A stretch of 64,000 nt of DNA from positions 372,001 through 436,000 of the forward strand of contig OZ059900.1 in the NCBI GenBank assembly GCA_964057225.1, read 5' to 3'. This stretch comes from Auanema rhodensis (taxonomy: Eukaryota > Animalia > Nematoda). Below the pieces are notes generated by a model, which was given only the letters and a program-made list of their open reading frames with translations, did no database searches and was not told where the DNA came from. Of this stretch, positions 28,422 through 43,400 are shown one piece after another. Positions within the stretch are counted from its first letter, which is position 1, and each line of letters opens with the position of its first letter. Made by a program: the position numbers and the translations under genes.

Positions 28422-31400
28422 GGTCGAAAATAGAAAGAATTTTTGAAATTTCCGAGTTTTGAGTCTAATTTGGCTAAATCGCTCATATATATGATCAGAA
28501 GCATAGTTTTGTTGTCTATGACAACAAAAGTCATTAATTAAACACTAATGATGTTTAAATCACTAAATTTCGCTCAAATAGCATTACTACACTAAGTATG
28601 GTCGTTTTTATGCCTTTAACACCATATACTCACCGATTTTTGGTACAAAATCTGTAATACTCGTAAATTTTGATCATATTCGTTAAGATTTGAGAATCAA
28701 ACACACAATACCCAAAATCAGTCTATTTTTATGAGCTTGCACTGATATATATTCATTTTGATCAAAAAAGGTCGAAAATAGAAAGAATTTTTGAAATTTC
28801 CGAGTTTTGAGTCCAATTTGGCTAAATCGCTCATATATATGATCAAAAGCATAGTTTCATTGTCTATAACAACAAAAGTCATCAATTAAACGCTAGTGAT
28901 GTTTTAATACTGAATTTCGCTCAAATAGCATAACTACACTAAGTATGGTCGTTTTTATGCCTTTAACACCATATACTCACCGATTTTTGGTACAAAATCT
29001 GTAATACTCGTAAATTTTGATCATATTCGTTAAGATTTGAGAATCAAACATACAATACACAAAATCAGTCTATTTTTATGAGCTTGCACTGATATATATT
29101 CATTTTGATCAAAAAAGGTCGAAAATAGAAAGAATTTTTGAAATTTCCGAGTTTTGAGTCTAATTTGGCTAAATCGCTCATATATATGATCAGAAGCATA
29201 GTTTTATTGTCTATGACAACAAAAGTCATCAATTAAACGCTAGTGATGTTTAAATACTGATTTTCGCTCAAATAGCATTACTACACTAAGTATGGTCGTT
29301 TTTATGCCTTTAACACCATATACTCACCGATTTTTGGTACAAAATCTGTAATACTCGTAAATTTTGATCATATTCGTTAAGATTTGAGAATCAAACACAC
29401 AATACCCAAAATCAGTCTATTTTTATGAGCTTGCACTGATATATATTCATTTTGATCAAAAAAGGTCGAAAATAGAAAGAATTTTTGAAATTTCCGAGTT
29501 TTGAGTCCAATTTGGCTAAATCGCTCATATATATGATCAAAAGCATAGTTTCATTGTCTATAACAACAAAAGTCATCAATTAAACGCTAGTGATGTTTTA
29601 ATACTGAATTTCGCTCAAATAGCATAACTACACTAAGTATGGTCGTTTTTATGCCTTTAACACCATATACTCACCGATTTTTGGTACAAAATCTGTAATA
29701 CTCGTAAATTTTGATCATATTCGTTAAGATTTGAGAATCAAACATACAATACACAAAATCAGTCTATTTTTATGAGCTTGCACTGATATATATTCATTTT
29801 GATCAAAAAAGGTCGAAAATAGAAAGAATTTTTGAAATTTCCGAGTTTTGAGTCCAATTTGGCTAAATCGCTCATATATATGATCAAAAGCATAGTTTTA
29901 TTGTCTATAACAACAAAAGTCATCAATTAAACGCTAGTGATGTTTAAATACTGAATTTCGCTCAAATAGCATAACTACACTAAGTATGGTCGTTTTTATG
30001 CCTTTAACACCATATACTCACCGATTTTTGGTACAAAATCTGTAATACTCGTAAATTTTGATCATATTCGTTAAGATTTGAGAATCAAACACACAATACA
30101 CAAAATCAGTCTATTTTTATGAGCTTGCACTGATATATATTCATTTTGATCAAAAAAGGTCGAAAATAGAAAGAATTTTTGAAATTTCCGAGTTTTGAGT
30201 CTAATTTGGCTAAATCGCTCATATATATGATCAGAAGCATAGTTTTGTTGTCTATGACAACAAAAGTCATTAATTAAACACTAATGATGTTTAAATCACT
30301 AAATTTCGCTCAAATAGCATTACTACACTAAGTATGGTCGTTTTTATGCCTTTAACACCATATACTCACCGATTTTTGGTACAAAATCTGTAATACTCGT
30401 AAATTTTGATCATATTCGTTAAGATTTGAGAATCAAACACACAATACCCAAAATCAGTCTATTTTTATGAGCTTGCACTGATATATATTCATTTTGATCA
30501 AAAAAGGTCGAAAATAGAAAGAATTTTTGAAATTTCCGAGTTTTGAGTCCAATTTGGCTAAATCGCTCATATATATGATCAAAAGCATAGTTTCATTGTC
30601 TATAACAACAAAAGTCATCAATTAAACGCTAGTGATGTTTTAATACTGAATTTCGCTCAAATAGCATAACTACACTAAGTATGGTCGTTTTTATGCCTTT
30701 AACACCATATACTCACCGATTTTTGGTACAAAATCTGTAATACTCGTAAATTTTGATCATATTCGTTAAGATTTGAGAATCAAACATACAATACACAAAA
30801 TCAGTCTATTTTTATGAGCTTGCACTGATATATATTCATTTTGATCAAAAAAGGTCGAAAATAGAAAGAATTTTTGAAATTTCCGAGTTTTGAGTCTAAT
30901 TTGGCTAAATCGCTCATATATATGATCAGAAGCATAGTTTTATTGTCTATGACAACAAAAGTCATCAATTAAACGCTAGTGATGTTTAAATACTGATTTT
31001 CGCTCAAATAGCATTACTACACTAAGTATGGTCGTTTTTATGCCTTTAACACCATATACTCACCGATTTTTGGTACAAAATCTGTAATACTCGTAAATTT
31101 TGATCATATTCGTTAAGATTTGAGAATCAAACACACAATACCCAAAATCAGTCTATTTTTATGAGCTTGCACTGATATATATTCATTTTGATCAAAAAAG
31201 GTCGAAAATAGAAAGAATTTTTGAAATTTCCGAGTTTTGAGTCCAATTTGGCTAAATCGCTCATATATATGATCAAAAGCATAGTTTCATTGTCTATAAC
31301 AACAAAAGTCATCAATTAAACGCTAGTGATGTTTTAATACTGAATTTCGCTCAAATAGCATAACTACACTAAGTATGGTCGTTTTTATGCCTTTAACACC

Positions 31401-32241
31401 ATATACTCACCGATTTTTGGTACAAAATCTGTAATACTCGTAAATTTTGATCATATTCGTTAAGATTTGAGAATCAAACATACAATACACAAAATCAGTC
31501 TATTTTTATGAGCTTGCACTGATATATATTCATTTTGATCAAAAAAGGTCGAAAATAGAAAGAATTTTTGAAATTTCCGAGTTTTGAGTCCAATTTGGCT
31601 AAATCGCTCATATATATGATCAAAAGCATAGTTTTATTGTCTATAACAACAAAAGTCATCAATTAAACGCTAGTGATGTTTAAATACTGAATTTCGCTCA
31701 AATAGCATAACTACACTAAGTATGGTCGTTTTTATGCCTTTAACACCATATACTCACCGATTTTTGGTACAAAATCTGTAATACTCGTAAATTTTGATCA
31801 TATTCGTTAAGATTTGAGAATCAAACACACAATACACAAAATCAGTCTATTTTTATGAGCTTGCACTGATATATATTCATTTTGATCAAAAAAGGTCGAA
31901 AATAGAAAGAATTTTTGAAATTTCCGAGTTTTGAGTCTAATTTGGCTAAATCGCTCATATATATGATCAGAAGCATAGTTTTGTTGTCTATGACAACAAA
32001 AGTCATTAATTAAACACTAATGATGTTTAAATCACTAAATTTCGCTCAAATAGCATTACTACACTAAGTATGGTCGTTTTTATGCCTTTAACACCATATA
32101 CTCACCGATTTTTGGTACAAAATCTGTAATACTCGTAAATGTTGATCATATTCGTTAAGATTTGAGAATCAAACACACAATACCCAAAATCAGTCTATTT
32201 TTATGAGCTTGCACTGATATATATTCATTTTGATCAAAAAA
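28422..32241 (+). repeat. 5-mer higher-order repeat (1736 bp) containing a chimeric C/B monomer
   Basis: TTTTGTTGTCTATGAC...ATTAATTAAACACT marker (G) at 28511, 30247 and 31983, spaced exactly 1736. Confidence 0.92.
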
Positions 32242-34589
32242 GGTCGAAAATAGAAAGAATTTTTGAAATTTCCGAGTTTTGAGTCCAATTTGGCTAAATC
32301 GCTCATATATATGATCAAAAGCATAGTTTCATTGTCTATAACAACAAAAGTCATCAATTAAACGCTAGTGATGTTTTAATACTGAATTTCGCTCAAATAG
32401 CATTACTACACTAAGTATGGTCGTTTTTATGCCTTTAACACTATATACTCACCGATTTTTGGTACAAAATCTGTAATACTTGTAAATTTTGTTCATATTT
32501 GTTAAGATTTGAGAATCAAACACACAATACACAAAATCAGTCTATTTTTATGAGTTTGCACTGATATATATTCATTTTGATCAAAAAAGGTCGAAAATAG
32601 AAAGAATTTTGGAAATGTCCGAGTTTTGAAATCCAATTTGGCTAAATCGCTCATATATATGATCAAAAGCATAGTTTTATTGTCTATAACAACAAAAGTC
32701 ATCAATTAAACGCTAGTGATGTTTAAATACTGAATTTCGCTCAAATAGCATAACTACACTAAGTATGGTCGTTTTTATGCCTTTAACACCATATACTCAC
32801 CGATTTTTGGTACAAAATCTGTAATACTCTTAAATTTTGATCATATTCGTTAAGATTTGAGAATCAAACATACAATACACGAAATCAGTCTATTTTTATG
32901 AGCTTGCACTGATATATATTCATTTTGATCAAAAAAGGTCGAAAATAGAAAGAATTTTTGAAATTTCCGAGTTTTGAGTCTAATTTGGCTAAATCGCTCA
33001 TATATATGATCAGAAGCATAGTTTTATTGTCTATGACAACAAAAGTCATCAATTAAACGCTAGTGATGTTCAAATACTGATTTTCGCTCGAATAGCATAA
33101 CTACACTAAGTATGGTCGTTTTTATGCCTTTAACACCATATACTCACCGATTTTTGGTACAAAATCTGTAATACTCGTAAATTTTGATCATATTCGTTAA
33201 GATTTGAGAATCAAACACACAATACACAAAATCAGTCTATTTTTATGAGCTTGCACTGATATATATTCATTTTGATCAAAAAAGGTCGAAAATAGAAAGA
33301 ATTTTTGAAATTTCCGAGTTTTGAGTCCAATTTGGCTAAATCGCTCATATATATGATCAAAAGCATAGTTTTATTGTCTATAACAACAAAAGTCATCAAT
33401 TAAACGCTAGTGATGTTTAAATACTGAATTTCGCTCAAATAGCATTACTACACTAAGTATGGTCGTTTTTATGCCTTTAACACCATATACTCACCGATTT
33501 TTGGTACAAAATCTGTAATACTCGTAAATTTTGATCATATTCGTTAAGATTTGAGAATCAAACACACAATACACAAAATCAGTCTATTTTTATGAGCTTG
33601 CACTGATATATATTCATTTTGATCAAAAAAGGTCGAAAATAGAAAGAATTTTTGAATTTTCCGAGTTTTGAGTCCAATTGGGCTAAATCGCTCATTTATA
33701 TGATCAAAAGCATAGTTTTATTGTCTATGACAACAAAAGTCATTAATTAAACACTAATGATGTTTAAATCACTAAATTTCGCTCAAATAGCATTACTACA
33801 CTAAGTATGGTCGTTTTTATGCCTTTAACACCATATACTCACCGATTTTTGGTACAAAATCTGTAATACTCGTAAATTTTGATCATATTCGTTAAGATTT
33901 GAGAATCAAACACACAATACACAAAATCAGTCTATTTTTATGAGCTTGCACTGATATATATTCATTTTGATCAAAAAAGGTCGAAAATAGAAAGAATTTT
34001 TGAAATTTCCGAGTTTTGAGTCCAATTTGGCTGAATCGCTCATATATATGATCAAAAGCATAGTTTTATTGTCTATAACAACAAAAGTCATCAATTAAAC
34101 GCTAGTGATGTTTTAATACTGAATTTCGCTCAAATAGCATTACTACACTAAGTATGGTCGTTTTTATGCCTTTAACACCATATACTCACCGATTTTTGGT
34201 ACAAAATCTGTAATACTCGTAAATTTTGATCATATTCGTTAAGATTTGAAAATCAAACACACAATAAACAAAATCAGTCTATTTTTATGAGTTTGCACTG
34301 ATATATATTCATTTTGATCAAAAAAGGTCGAAAATAGAAAGAAATTTTGAATTTTCCGAGTTTTGAGTCCAATTGGGCTAAATCGCTCATATATATGATC
34401 AAAAGCATAGTTTTATTGTCTATGACAACAAAAGTCATTAATTAAACACTAATGATGTTTAAATCACTAAATTTCGCTCAAATAGCATTACTACACTAAG
34501 TATGGTCGTTTTTATGCCTTTAACACCATATACTCACCGATTTTTGGTACAAAATCTGTAATACTCGTAAATTTTGATCATATTCGTTA

Positions 34590-36900
34590 AGATTGGAGAA
34601 TCAAACACACAATACACAAAATCAGTCTATTTTTATGAGCTTGCACTGATATATATTCATTTTGATCAAAAAAGGTCGAAAATAGAAAGAATTTTTGAAA
34701 TTTCCGAGTTTTGAGTCCAATTTGGCTAAATCGCTCATATATATGATCAAAAGCATAGTTTTATTGTCTATAACAACAAAAGTCATCAATTAAACGCTAG
34801 TGATGTTTAAATACTGAATTTCGCTCAAATAGCATTACTACACTAAGTATGGTCGTTTTTATGCCTTTAACACCATATACTCACCGATTTTTGGTACAAA
34901 ATCTGTAATACTCGTAAATTTTGATCATATTCGTTAAGATTTGAGAATCAAACACACAATACACAAAATCATTCTATTTTTATGAGCTTGCACTGATATA
35001 TATTAATTTTGATCAAAAAAGGTCGAAAATAGAAAGAATTTTTGAAATTTCCGAGTTTTGAGTCCAATTTGGCTAAATCGCTCATATATATGATCAAAAG
35101 CATAGTTTCATTGTCTATAACAACAAAAGTCATCAATTAAACGCTAGTGATGTTTTAATACTGAATTTCGCTCAAATAGCATTACTACACTAAGTATGGT
35201 CGTTTTTATGCCTTTAACACCATATACTCACCGATTTTTGGTACAAAATCTGTAATACTTGTAAATTTTGATCATATTTGTTAAGATTTGAGAATCAAAC
35301 ACACAATACACAAAATCAGTCTATTTTTATGAGTTTGCACTGATATATATTCATTTTGATCAAAAAAGGTCGAAAATAGAAAGAATTTTGGAAATGTCCG
35401 AGTTTTGAGTCCAATTTGGCTAAATCGCTCATATATATGATCAAAAGCATAGTTTTATTGTCTATAACAACAAAAGTCATCAATTAAACGCTAGTGATGT
35501 TGAAATACTGAATTTCGCTCAAATAGCATAACTACACTAAGTATGGTCGTTTTTATGCCTTTAACACCATATACTCACCGATTTTTGGTACAAAATCTGT
35601 AATACTCGTAAATTTTGATCATATTCGTTAAGATTTGAGAATCAAACATACAATACACGAAATCAGTCTATTTTTATGAGCTTGCACTGATATATATTCA
35701 TTTTGATCAAAAAAGGTCGAAAATAGAAAGAATTTTTGAAATTTCCGAGTTTTGAGTCCAATTTGGCTAAATCGCTCATATATATGATCAAAAGCATAGT
35801 TTTATTGTCTATAACAACAAAAGTCATCAATTAAACGCTAGTGATGTTTAAATACTGAATTTCGCTCAAATAGCATAACTACACTAAGTATGGTCGTTTT
35901 TATGCCTTTAACACCATATACTCACCGATTTTTGGTACAAAATCTGTAATACTCGTAAATTTTGATCATATTCGTTAAGATTGGAGAATCAAACACACAA
36001 TACACAAAATCAGTCTATTTTTATGAGCTTGCACTGATATATATTCATTTTGATCAAAAAAGGTCGAAAATAGAAAGAATTTTTGAAATTTCCGAGTTTT
36101 GAGTCCAATTTGGCTAAATCGCTCATATATATGATCAAAAGCATAGTTTTATTGTCTATAACAACAAAAGTCATCAATTAAACGCTAGTGATGTTTAAAT
36201 ACTGAATTTCGCTCAAATAGCATTACTACACTAAGTATGGTCGTTTTTATGCCTTTAACACCATATACTCACCGATTTTTGGTACAAAATCTGTAATACT
36301 CGTAAATTTTGATCATATTCGTTAAGATTTGAGAATCAAACACACAATACACAAAATCATTCTATTTTTATGAGCTTGCACTGATATATATTCATTTTGA
36401 TCAAAAAAGGTCGAAAATAGAAAGAATTTTTGAAATTTCCGAGTTTTGAGTCCAATTTGGCTAAATCGCTCATATATATGATCAAAAGCATAGTTTCATC
36501 GTCTATAACAACAAAAGTCATCAATTAAACGCTAGTGATGTTTTAATACTGAATTTCGCTCAAATAGCATTACTACACTAAGTATGGTCGTTTTTATGCC
36601 TTTAACACCATATACTCACCGATTTTTGGTACAAAATCTGTAATACTTGTAAATTTTGATCATATTTGTTAAGATTTGAGAATCAAACACACAATACACA
36701 AAATCAGTCTATTTTTATGAGTTTGCACTGATATATATTCATTTTGATCAAAAAAGGTCGAAAATAGAAAGAATTTTGGAAATGTCCGAGTTTTGAGTCC
36801 AATTTGGCTAAATCGCTCATATATATGATCAAAAGCATAGTTTTATTGTCTATAACAACAAAAGTCATCAATTAAACGCTAGTGATGTTGAAATACTGAA
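34590..36900 (+). repeat. 4-mer duplication (1388 bp)
   Basis: AATCATTCT variant at 34971 and 36359. GATTGGAG and GTTGAAATAC each occur twice at the same spacing. Boundaries are approximate. Confidence 0.85.
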
Positions 36901-37450
36901 TTTCGCTCAAATAGCATTACTACACTAAGTATGGTCGTTTTTATGCCTTTAACACCATATACTCACCGATTTTTGGTACAAAATCTGTAATACTCGTAAA
37001 TTTTGATCATATTCGTTAAGATTTGAGAATCAAACACACAATACACAAAATCAGTCTATTTTTATGAGCTTGCACTGATATATATTCATTTTGATCAAAA
37101 AAGGTCGAAAATAGAAAGAATTTTTGAATTTTCCGAGTTTTGAGTCCAATTGGGCTAAATCGCTCATATATATGATCAAAAGCATAGTTTTATTGTCTAT
37201 GACAACAAAAGTCATTAATTAAACACCAATGATGTTTAAATCACTAAATTTCGCTCAAATAGCATTACTACACTAAGTATGGTCGTTTTTATGCCTTTAA
37301 CACCATATACTCACCGATTTTTGGTACAAAATCTGTAATACTCGTAAATTTTGATCATATTCGTTAAGATTTGAGAATCAAACACACAATACACAAAATC
37401 AGTCTATTTTTATGAGCTTGCACTGATATATATTCATTTTGATCAAAAAA

Positions 37451-40400
37451 GGTCGAAAATAGAAAGAATTTTTGAAATTTCCGAGTTTTGAGTCCAATTT
37501 GGCTGAATTGCTCATATATATGATCAAAAGCATAGTTTTATTGTCTATAACAACAAAAGTCATCAATTAAACGCTAGTGATGTTTTAATACTGAATTTCG
37601 CTCAAATAGCATTACTACACTAAGTATGGTCGTTTTTATGCCTTTAACACCATATACTCACCGATTTTTGGTACAAAATCTGTAATACTCGTAAATTTTG
37701 ATCATATTCGTTAAGATTTGAAAATCAAACACACAATAAACAAAATCAGTCTATTTTTATGAGTTTGCACTGATATATATTCATTTTGATCAAAAAAGGT
37801 CGAAAATAGAAAGATTTTTTGAATTTTCCGAGTTTTGAGTCCAATTGGGCTAAATCGCTCATATATATGATCAAAAGCATAGTTTTATTGTCTATGACAA
37901 CAAAAGTCATTAATTAAACACTAATGATGTTTAAATCACTAAATTTCGCTCAAATAGCATTACTACACTAAGTATGGTCGTTTTTATGCCTTTAACACCA
38001 TATACTCACCGATTTTTGGTACAAAATCTGTAATACTTGTAAATTTTGATCATATTCGTTAAGATTTGAAAATCAAACACACAATAAACAAAATCAGTCT
38101 ATTTTTATGAGTTTGCACTGATATATATTCATTTTGATCAAAAAAGGTCGAAAATAGAAAGATTTTTTGAATTTTCCGAGTTTTGAGTCCAATTGGGCTA
38201 AATCGCTCATATATATGATCAAAAGCATAGTTTTATTGTCTATGACAACAAAAGTCATTAATTAAACACTAATGATGTTTAAATCACTAAATTTCGCTCA
38301 AATAGCATTACTACACTAAGTATGGTCGTTTTTATGCCTTTAACACCATATACTCACCGATTTTTGGTACAAAATCTGTAATACTTGTAAATTTTGATCA
38401 TATTTGTTAAGATTTGAGAATCAAACACACAATACACAAAATCAGTCTATTTTTATGAGTTTGCACTGATATATATTCATTTTGATCAAAAAAGGTCGAA
38501 AATAGAAAGAATTTTTGAATTTTCCGAGTTTTGAGTCCAATTGGGCTAAATCGCTCATATATATGATCAAAAGCATAGTTTTATTGTCTATGACAACAAA
38601 AGTCATTAATTAAACACTAATGATGTTTAAATCACTAAATTTCGCTCAAATAGCATTACTACACTAAGTATGGTCGTTTTTATGCCTTTAACACCATATA
38701 CTCACCGATTTTTGGTACAAAATCTGTAATACTCGTAAATTTTGATCATATTCGTTAAGATTTGAGAATCAAACACACAATACCCAAAATCAGTCTATTT
38801 TTATGAGCTTGCACTGATATATATTCATTTTGATCAAAAAAGGTCGAAAATAGAAAGAATTTTTGAAATTTCCGAGTTTTGAGTCCAATTTGGCTAAATC
38901 GCTCATATATATGATCAAAAGCATAGTTTCATTGTCTATAACAACAAAAGTCATCAATTAAACGCTAGTGATGTTTTAATACTGAATTTCGCTCAAATAG
39001 CATAACTACACTAAGTATGGTCGTTTTTATGCCTTTAACACCATATACTCACCGATTTTTGGTACAAAATCTGTAATACTCGTAAATTTTGATCATATTC
39101 GTTAAGATTTGAGAATCAAACATACAATACACAAAATCAGTCTATTTTTATGAGCTTGCACTGATATATATTCATTTTGATCAAAAAAGGTCGAAAATAG
39201 AAAGAATTTTTGAAATTTCCGAGTTTTGAGTCTAATTTGGCTAAATCGCTCATATATATGATCAGAAGCATAGTTTTATTGTCTATGACAACAAAAGTCA
39301 TCAATTAAACGCTAGTGATGTTTAAATACTGATTTTCGCTCAAATAGCATTACTACACTAAGTATGGTCGTTTTTATGCCTTTAACACCATATACTCACC
39401 GATTTTTGGTACAAAATCTGTAATACTCGTAAATTTTGATCATATTCGTTAAGATTTGAGAATCAAACACTCAATACACAAAATCAGTCTATTTTTATGA
39501 GCTTGCACTGATATATATTCATTTTGATCAAAAAAGGTCGAAAATAGAAAGAATTTTTGAAATTTCCGAGTTTTGAGTCCAATTTGGCTAAATCGCTCAT
39601 ATATATGATCAAAAGCATAGTTTTATTGTCTATAACAACAAAAGTCATCAATTAAACGCTAGTGATGTTTAAATACTGAATTTCGCTCCAATAGCATAAC
39701 TACACTAAGTATGGTCGTTTTTATGCCTTTAACACCATATACTCACCGATTTTTGGTACAAAATCTGTAATACTCGTAAATTTTGATCATATTCGTTAAG
39801 ATTTGAGAATCAAACACACAATACACAAAATCAGTCTATTTTTATGAGCTTGCACTGATATATATTCATTTTGATCAAAAAAGGTCGAAAATAGAAAGAA
39901 TTTTTGAAATTTCCGAGTTTTGAGTCCAATTTGGCTGAATCGCTCATATATATGATCAAAAGCATAGTTTTATTGTCTATAACAACAAAAGTCATCAATT
40001 AAACGCTAGTGATGTTTTAATACTGAATTTCGCTCAAATAGCATTACTACACTAAGTATGGTCGTTTTTATGCCTTTAACACCATACACTCACCGATTTT
40101 TGGTACAAAATCTGTAATACTCGTAAATTTTGATCATATTCGTTAAGATTTGAGAATCAAACACACAATACCCAAAATCAGTCTATTTTTATGAGCTTGC
40201 ACTGATATATATTCATTTTGATCAAAAAAGGTCGAAAATAGAAAGAATTTTTGAAATTTCCGAGTTTTGAGTCCAATTTGGCTAAATCGCTCATATATAT
40301 GATCAAAAGCATAGTTTCATTGTCTATAACAACAAAAGTCATCAATTAAACGCTAGTGATGTTTTAATACTGAATTTCGCTCAAATAGCATTACTACACT

Positions 40401-43400
40401 AAGTATGGTCGTTTTTATGCCTTTAACACTATATACTCACCGATTTTTGGTACAAAATCTGTAATACTTGTAAATTTTGTTCATATTTGTTAAGATTTGA
40501 GAATCAAACATACAATACACGAAATCAGTCTATTTTTATGAGCTTGCACTGATATATATTCATTTTGATCAAAAAAGGTCGAAAATAGAAAGAATTTTTG
40601 AAATTTCGGAGTCTAATTTGGCTAAATCGCTCATATATATGATCAGAAGCATAGTTTTATTGTCTATGACAACAAAAGTCATCAATTAAACGCTAGTGAT
40701 GTTCAAATACTGATTTTCGCTCGAATAGCATTACTACACTAAGTATGGTCGTTTTTATGCCTTTAACACCATATACTCACCGATTTTTGGTACAAAATCT
40801 GTAATACTCGTAAATTTTGATCATATTCGTTAAGATTTGAGAATCAAACACACAATACACAAAATCAGTCTATTTTTATGAGCTTGCACTGATATATATT
40901 CATTTTGATCAAAAAAGGTCGAAAATAGAAAGAATTTTTGAATTTTCCGAGTTTTGAGTCCAATTGGGCTAAATCGCTCATTTATATGATCAAAAGCATA
41001 GTTTTATTGTCTATGACAACAAAAGTCATTAATTAAACACTAATGATGTTTAAATCACTAAATTTCGCTCAAATAGCATTACTACACTAAGTATGGTCGT
41101 TTTTATGCCTTTAACACCATATACTCACCGATTTTTGGTACAAAATCTGTAATACTCGTAAATTTTGATCATATTCGTTAAGATTTGAGAATCAAACACA
41201 CAATACACAAAATCAGTCTATTTTTATGAGCTTGCACTGATATATATTCATTTTGATCAAAAAAGGTCGAAAATAGAAAGAATTTTTGAAATTTCCGAGT
41301 TTTGAGTCCAATTTGGCTGAATTGCTCATATATATGATCAAAAGCATAGTTTTATTGTCTATAACAACAAAAGTCATCAATTAAACGCTAGTGATGTTTT
41401 AATACTGAATTTCGCTCAAATAGCATTACTACACTAAGTATGGTCGTTTTTATGCCTTTAACACCATATACTCACCGATTTTTGGTACAAAATCTGTAAT
41501 ACTCGTAAATTTTGATCATATTCGTTAAGATTTGAAAATCAAACACACAATAAACAAAATCAGTCTATTTTTATGAGTTTGCACTGATATATATTCATTT
41601 TGATCAAAAAAGGTCGAAAATAGAAAGATTTTTTGAATTTTCCGAGTTTTGAGTCCAATTGGGCTAAATCGCTCATATATATGATCAAAAGCATAGTTTT
41701 ATTGTCTATGACAACAAAAGTCATTAATTAAACACTAATGATGTTTAAATCACTAAATTTCGCTCAAATAGCATTACTACACTAAGTATGGTCGTTTTTA
41801 TGCCTTTAACACCATATACTCACCGATTTTTGGTACAAAATCTGTAATACTTGTAAATTTTGATCATATTCGTTAAGATTTGAAAATCAAACACACAATA
41901 AACAAAATCAGTCTATTTTTATGAGTTTGCACTGATATATATTCATTTTGATCAAAAAAGGTCGAAAATAGAAAGATTTTTTGAATTTTCCGAGTTTTGA
42001 GTCCAATTGGGCTAAATCGCTCATATATATGATCAAAAGCATAGTTTTATTGTCTATGACAACAAAAGTCATTAATTAAACACTAATGATGTTTAAATCA
42101 CTAAATTTCGCTCAAATAGCATTACTACACTAAGTATGGTCGTTTTTATGCCTTTAACACCATATACTCACCGATTTTTGGTACAAAATCTGTAATACTT
42201 GTAATATTTGATCATATTTGTTAAGATTTGAGAATCAAACACACAATACACAAAATCAGTCTATTTTTATGAGTTTGCACTGATATATATTCATTTTGAT
42301 CAAAAAAGGTCGAAAATAGAAAGAATTTTTGAATTTTCCGAGTTTTGAGTCCAATTGGGCTAAATCGCTCATATATATGATCAAAAGCATAGTTTTATTG
42401 TCTATGACAACAAAAGTCATTAATTAAACACTAATGATGTTTAAATCACTAAATTTCGCTCAAATAGCATTACTACACTAAGTATGGTCGTTTTTATGCC
42501 TTTAAAACCATATACTCACCGATTTTTGGTACAAAATCTGTAATACTCGTAAATTTTGATCATATTCGTTAAGATTTGAGAATCAAACACACAATACCCA
42601 AAATCAGTCTATTTTTATGAGCTTGCACTGATATATATTCATTTTGATCAAAAAAGGTCGAAAATAGAAAGAATTTTTGAAATTTCCGAGTTTTGAGTCC
42701 AATTTGGCTAAATCGCTCATATATATGATCAAAAGCATAGTTTCATTGTCTATAACAACAAAAGTCATCAATTAAACGCTAGTGATGTTTTAATACTGAA
42801 TTTCGCTCAAATAGCATAACTACACTAAGTATGGTCGTTTTTATGCCTTTAACACCATATACTCACCGATTTTTGGTACAAAATCTGTAATACTCGTAAA
42901 TTTTGATCATATTCGTTAAGATTTGAGAATCAAACATACAATACACAAAATCAGTCTATTTTTATAAGCTTGCACTGATATATATTCATTTTGATCAAAA
43001 AAGGTCGAAAATAGAAAGAATTTTTGAAATTTCCGAGTTTTGAGTCTAATTTGGCTAAATCGCTCATATATATGATCAGAAGCATAGTTTTATTGTCTAT
43101 GACAACAAAAGTCATCAATTAAACGCTAGTGATGTTTAAATACTGATTTTCGCTCAAATAGCATTACTACACTAAGTATGGTCGTTTTTATGCCTTTAAC
43201 ACCATATACTCACCGATTTTTGGTACAAAATCTGTAATACTCGTAAATTTTGATCATATTCGTTAAGATTTGAGAATCAAACACTCAATACACAAAATCA
43301 GTCTATTTTTATGAGCTTGCACTGATATATATTCATTTTGATCAAAAAAGGTCGAAAATAGAAAGAATTTTTGAAATTTCCGAGTTTTGAGTCCAATTTG

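Noticed and set aside
32502-32705. 67-aa minus-strand ORF
   Set aside because: Created by a +1 indel at ~32630 that fuses two short satellite frames.
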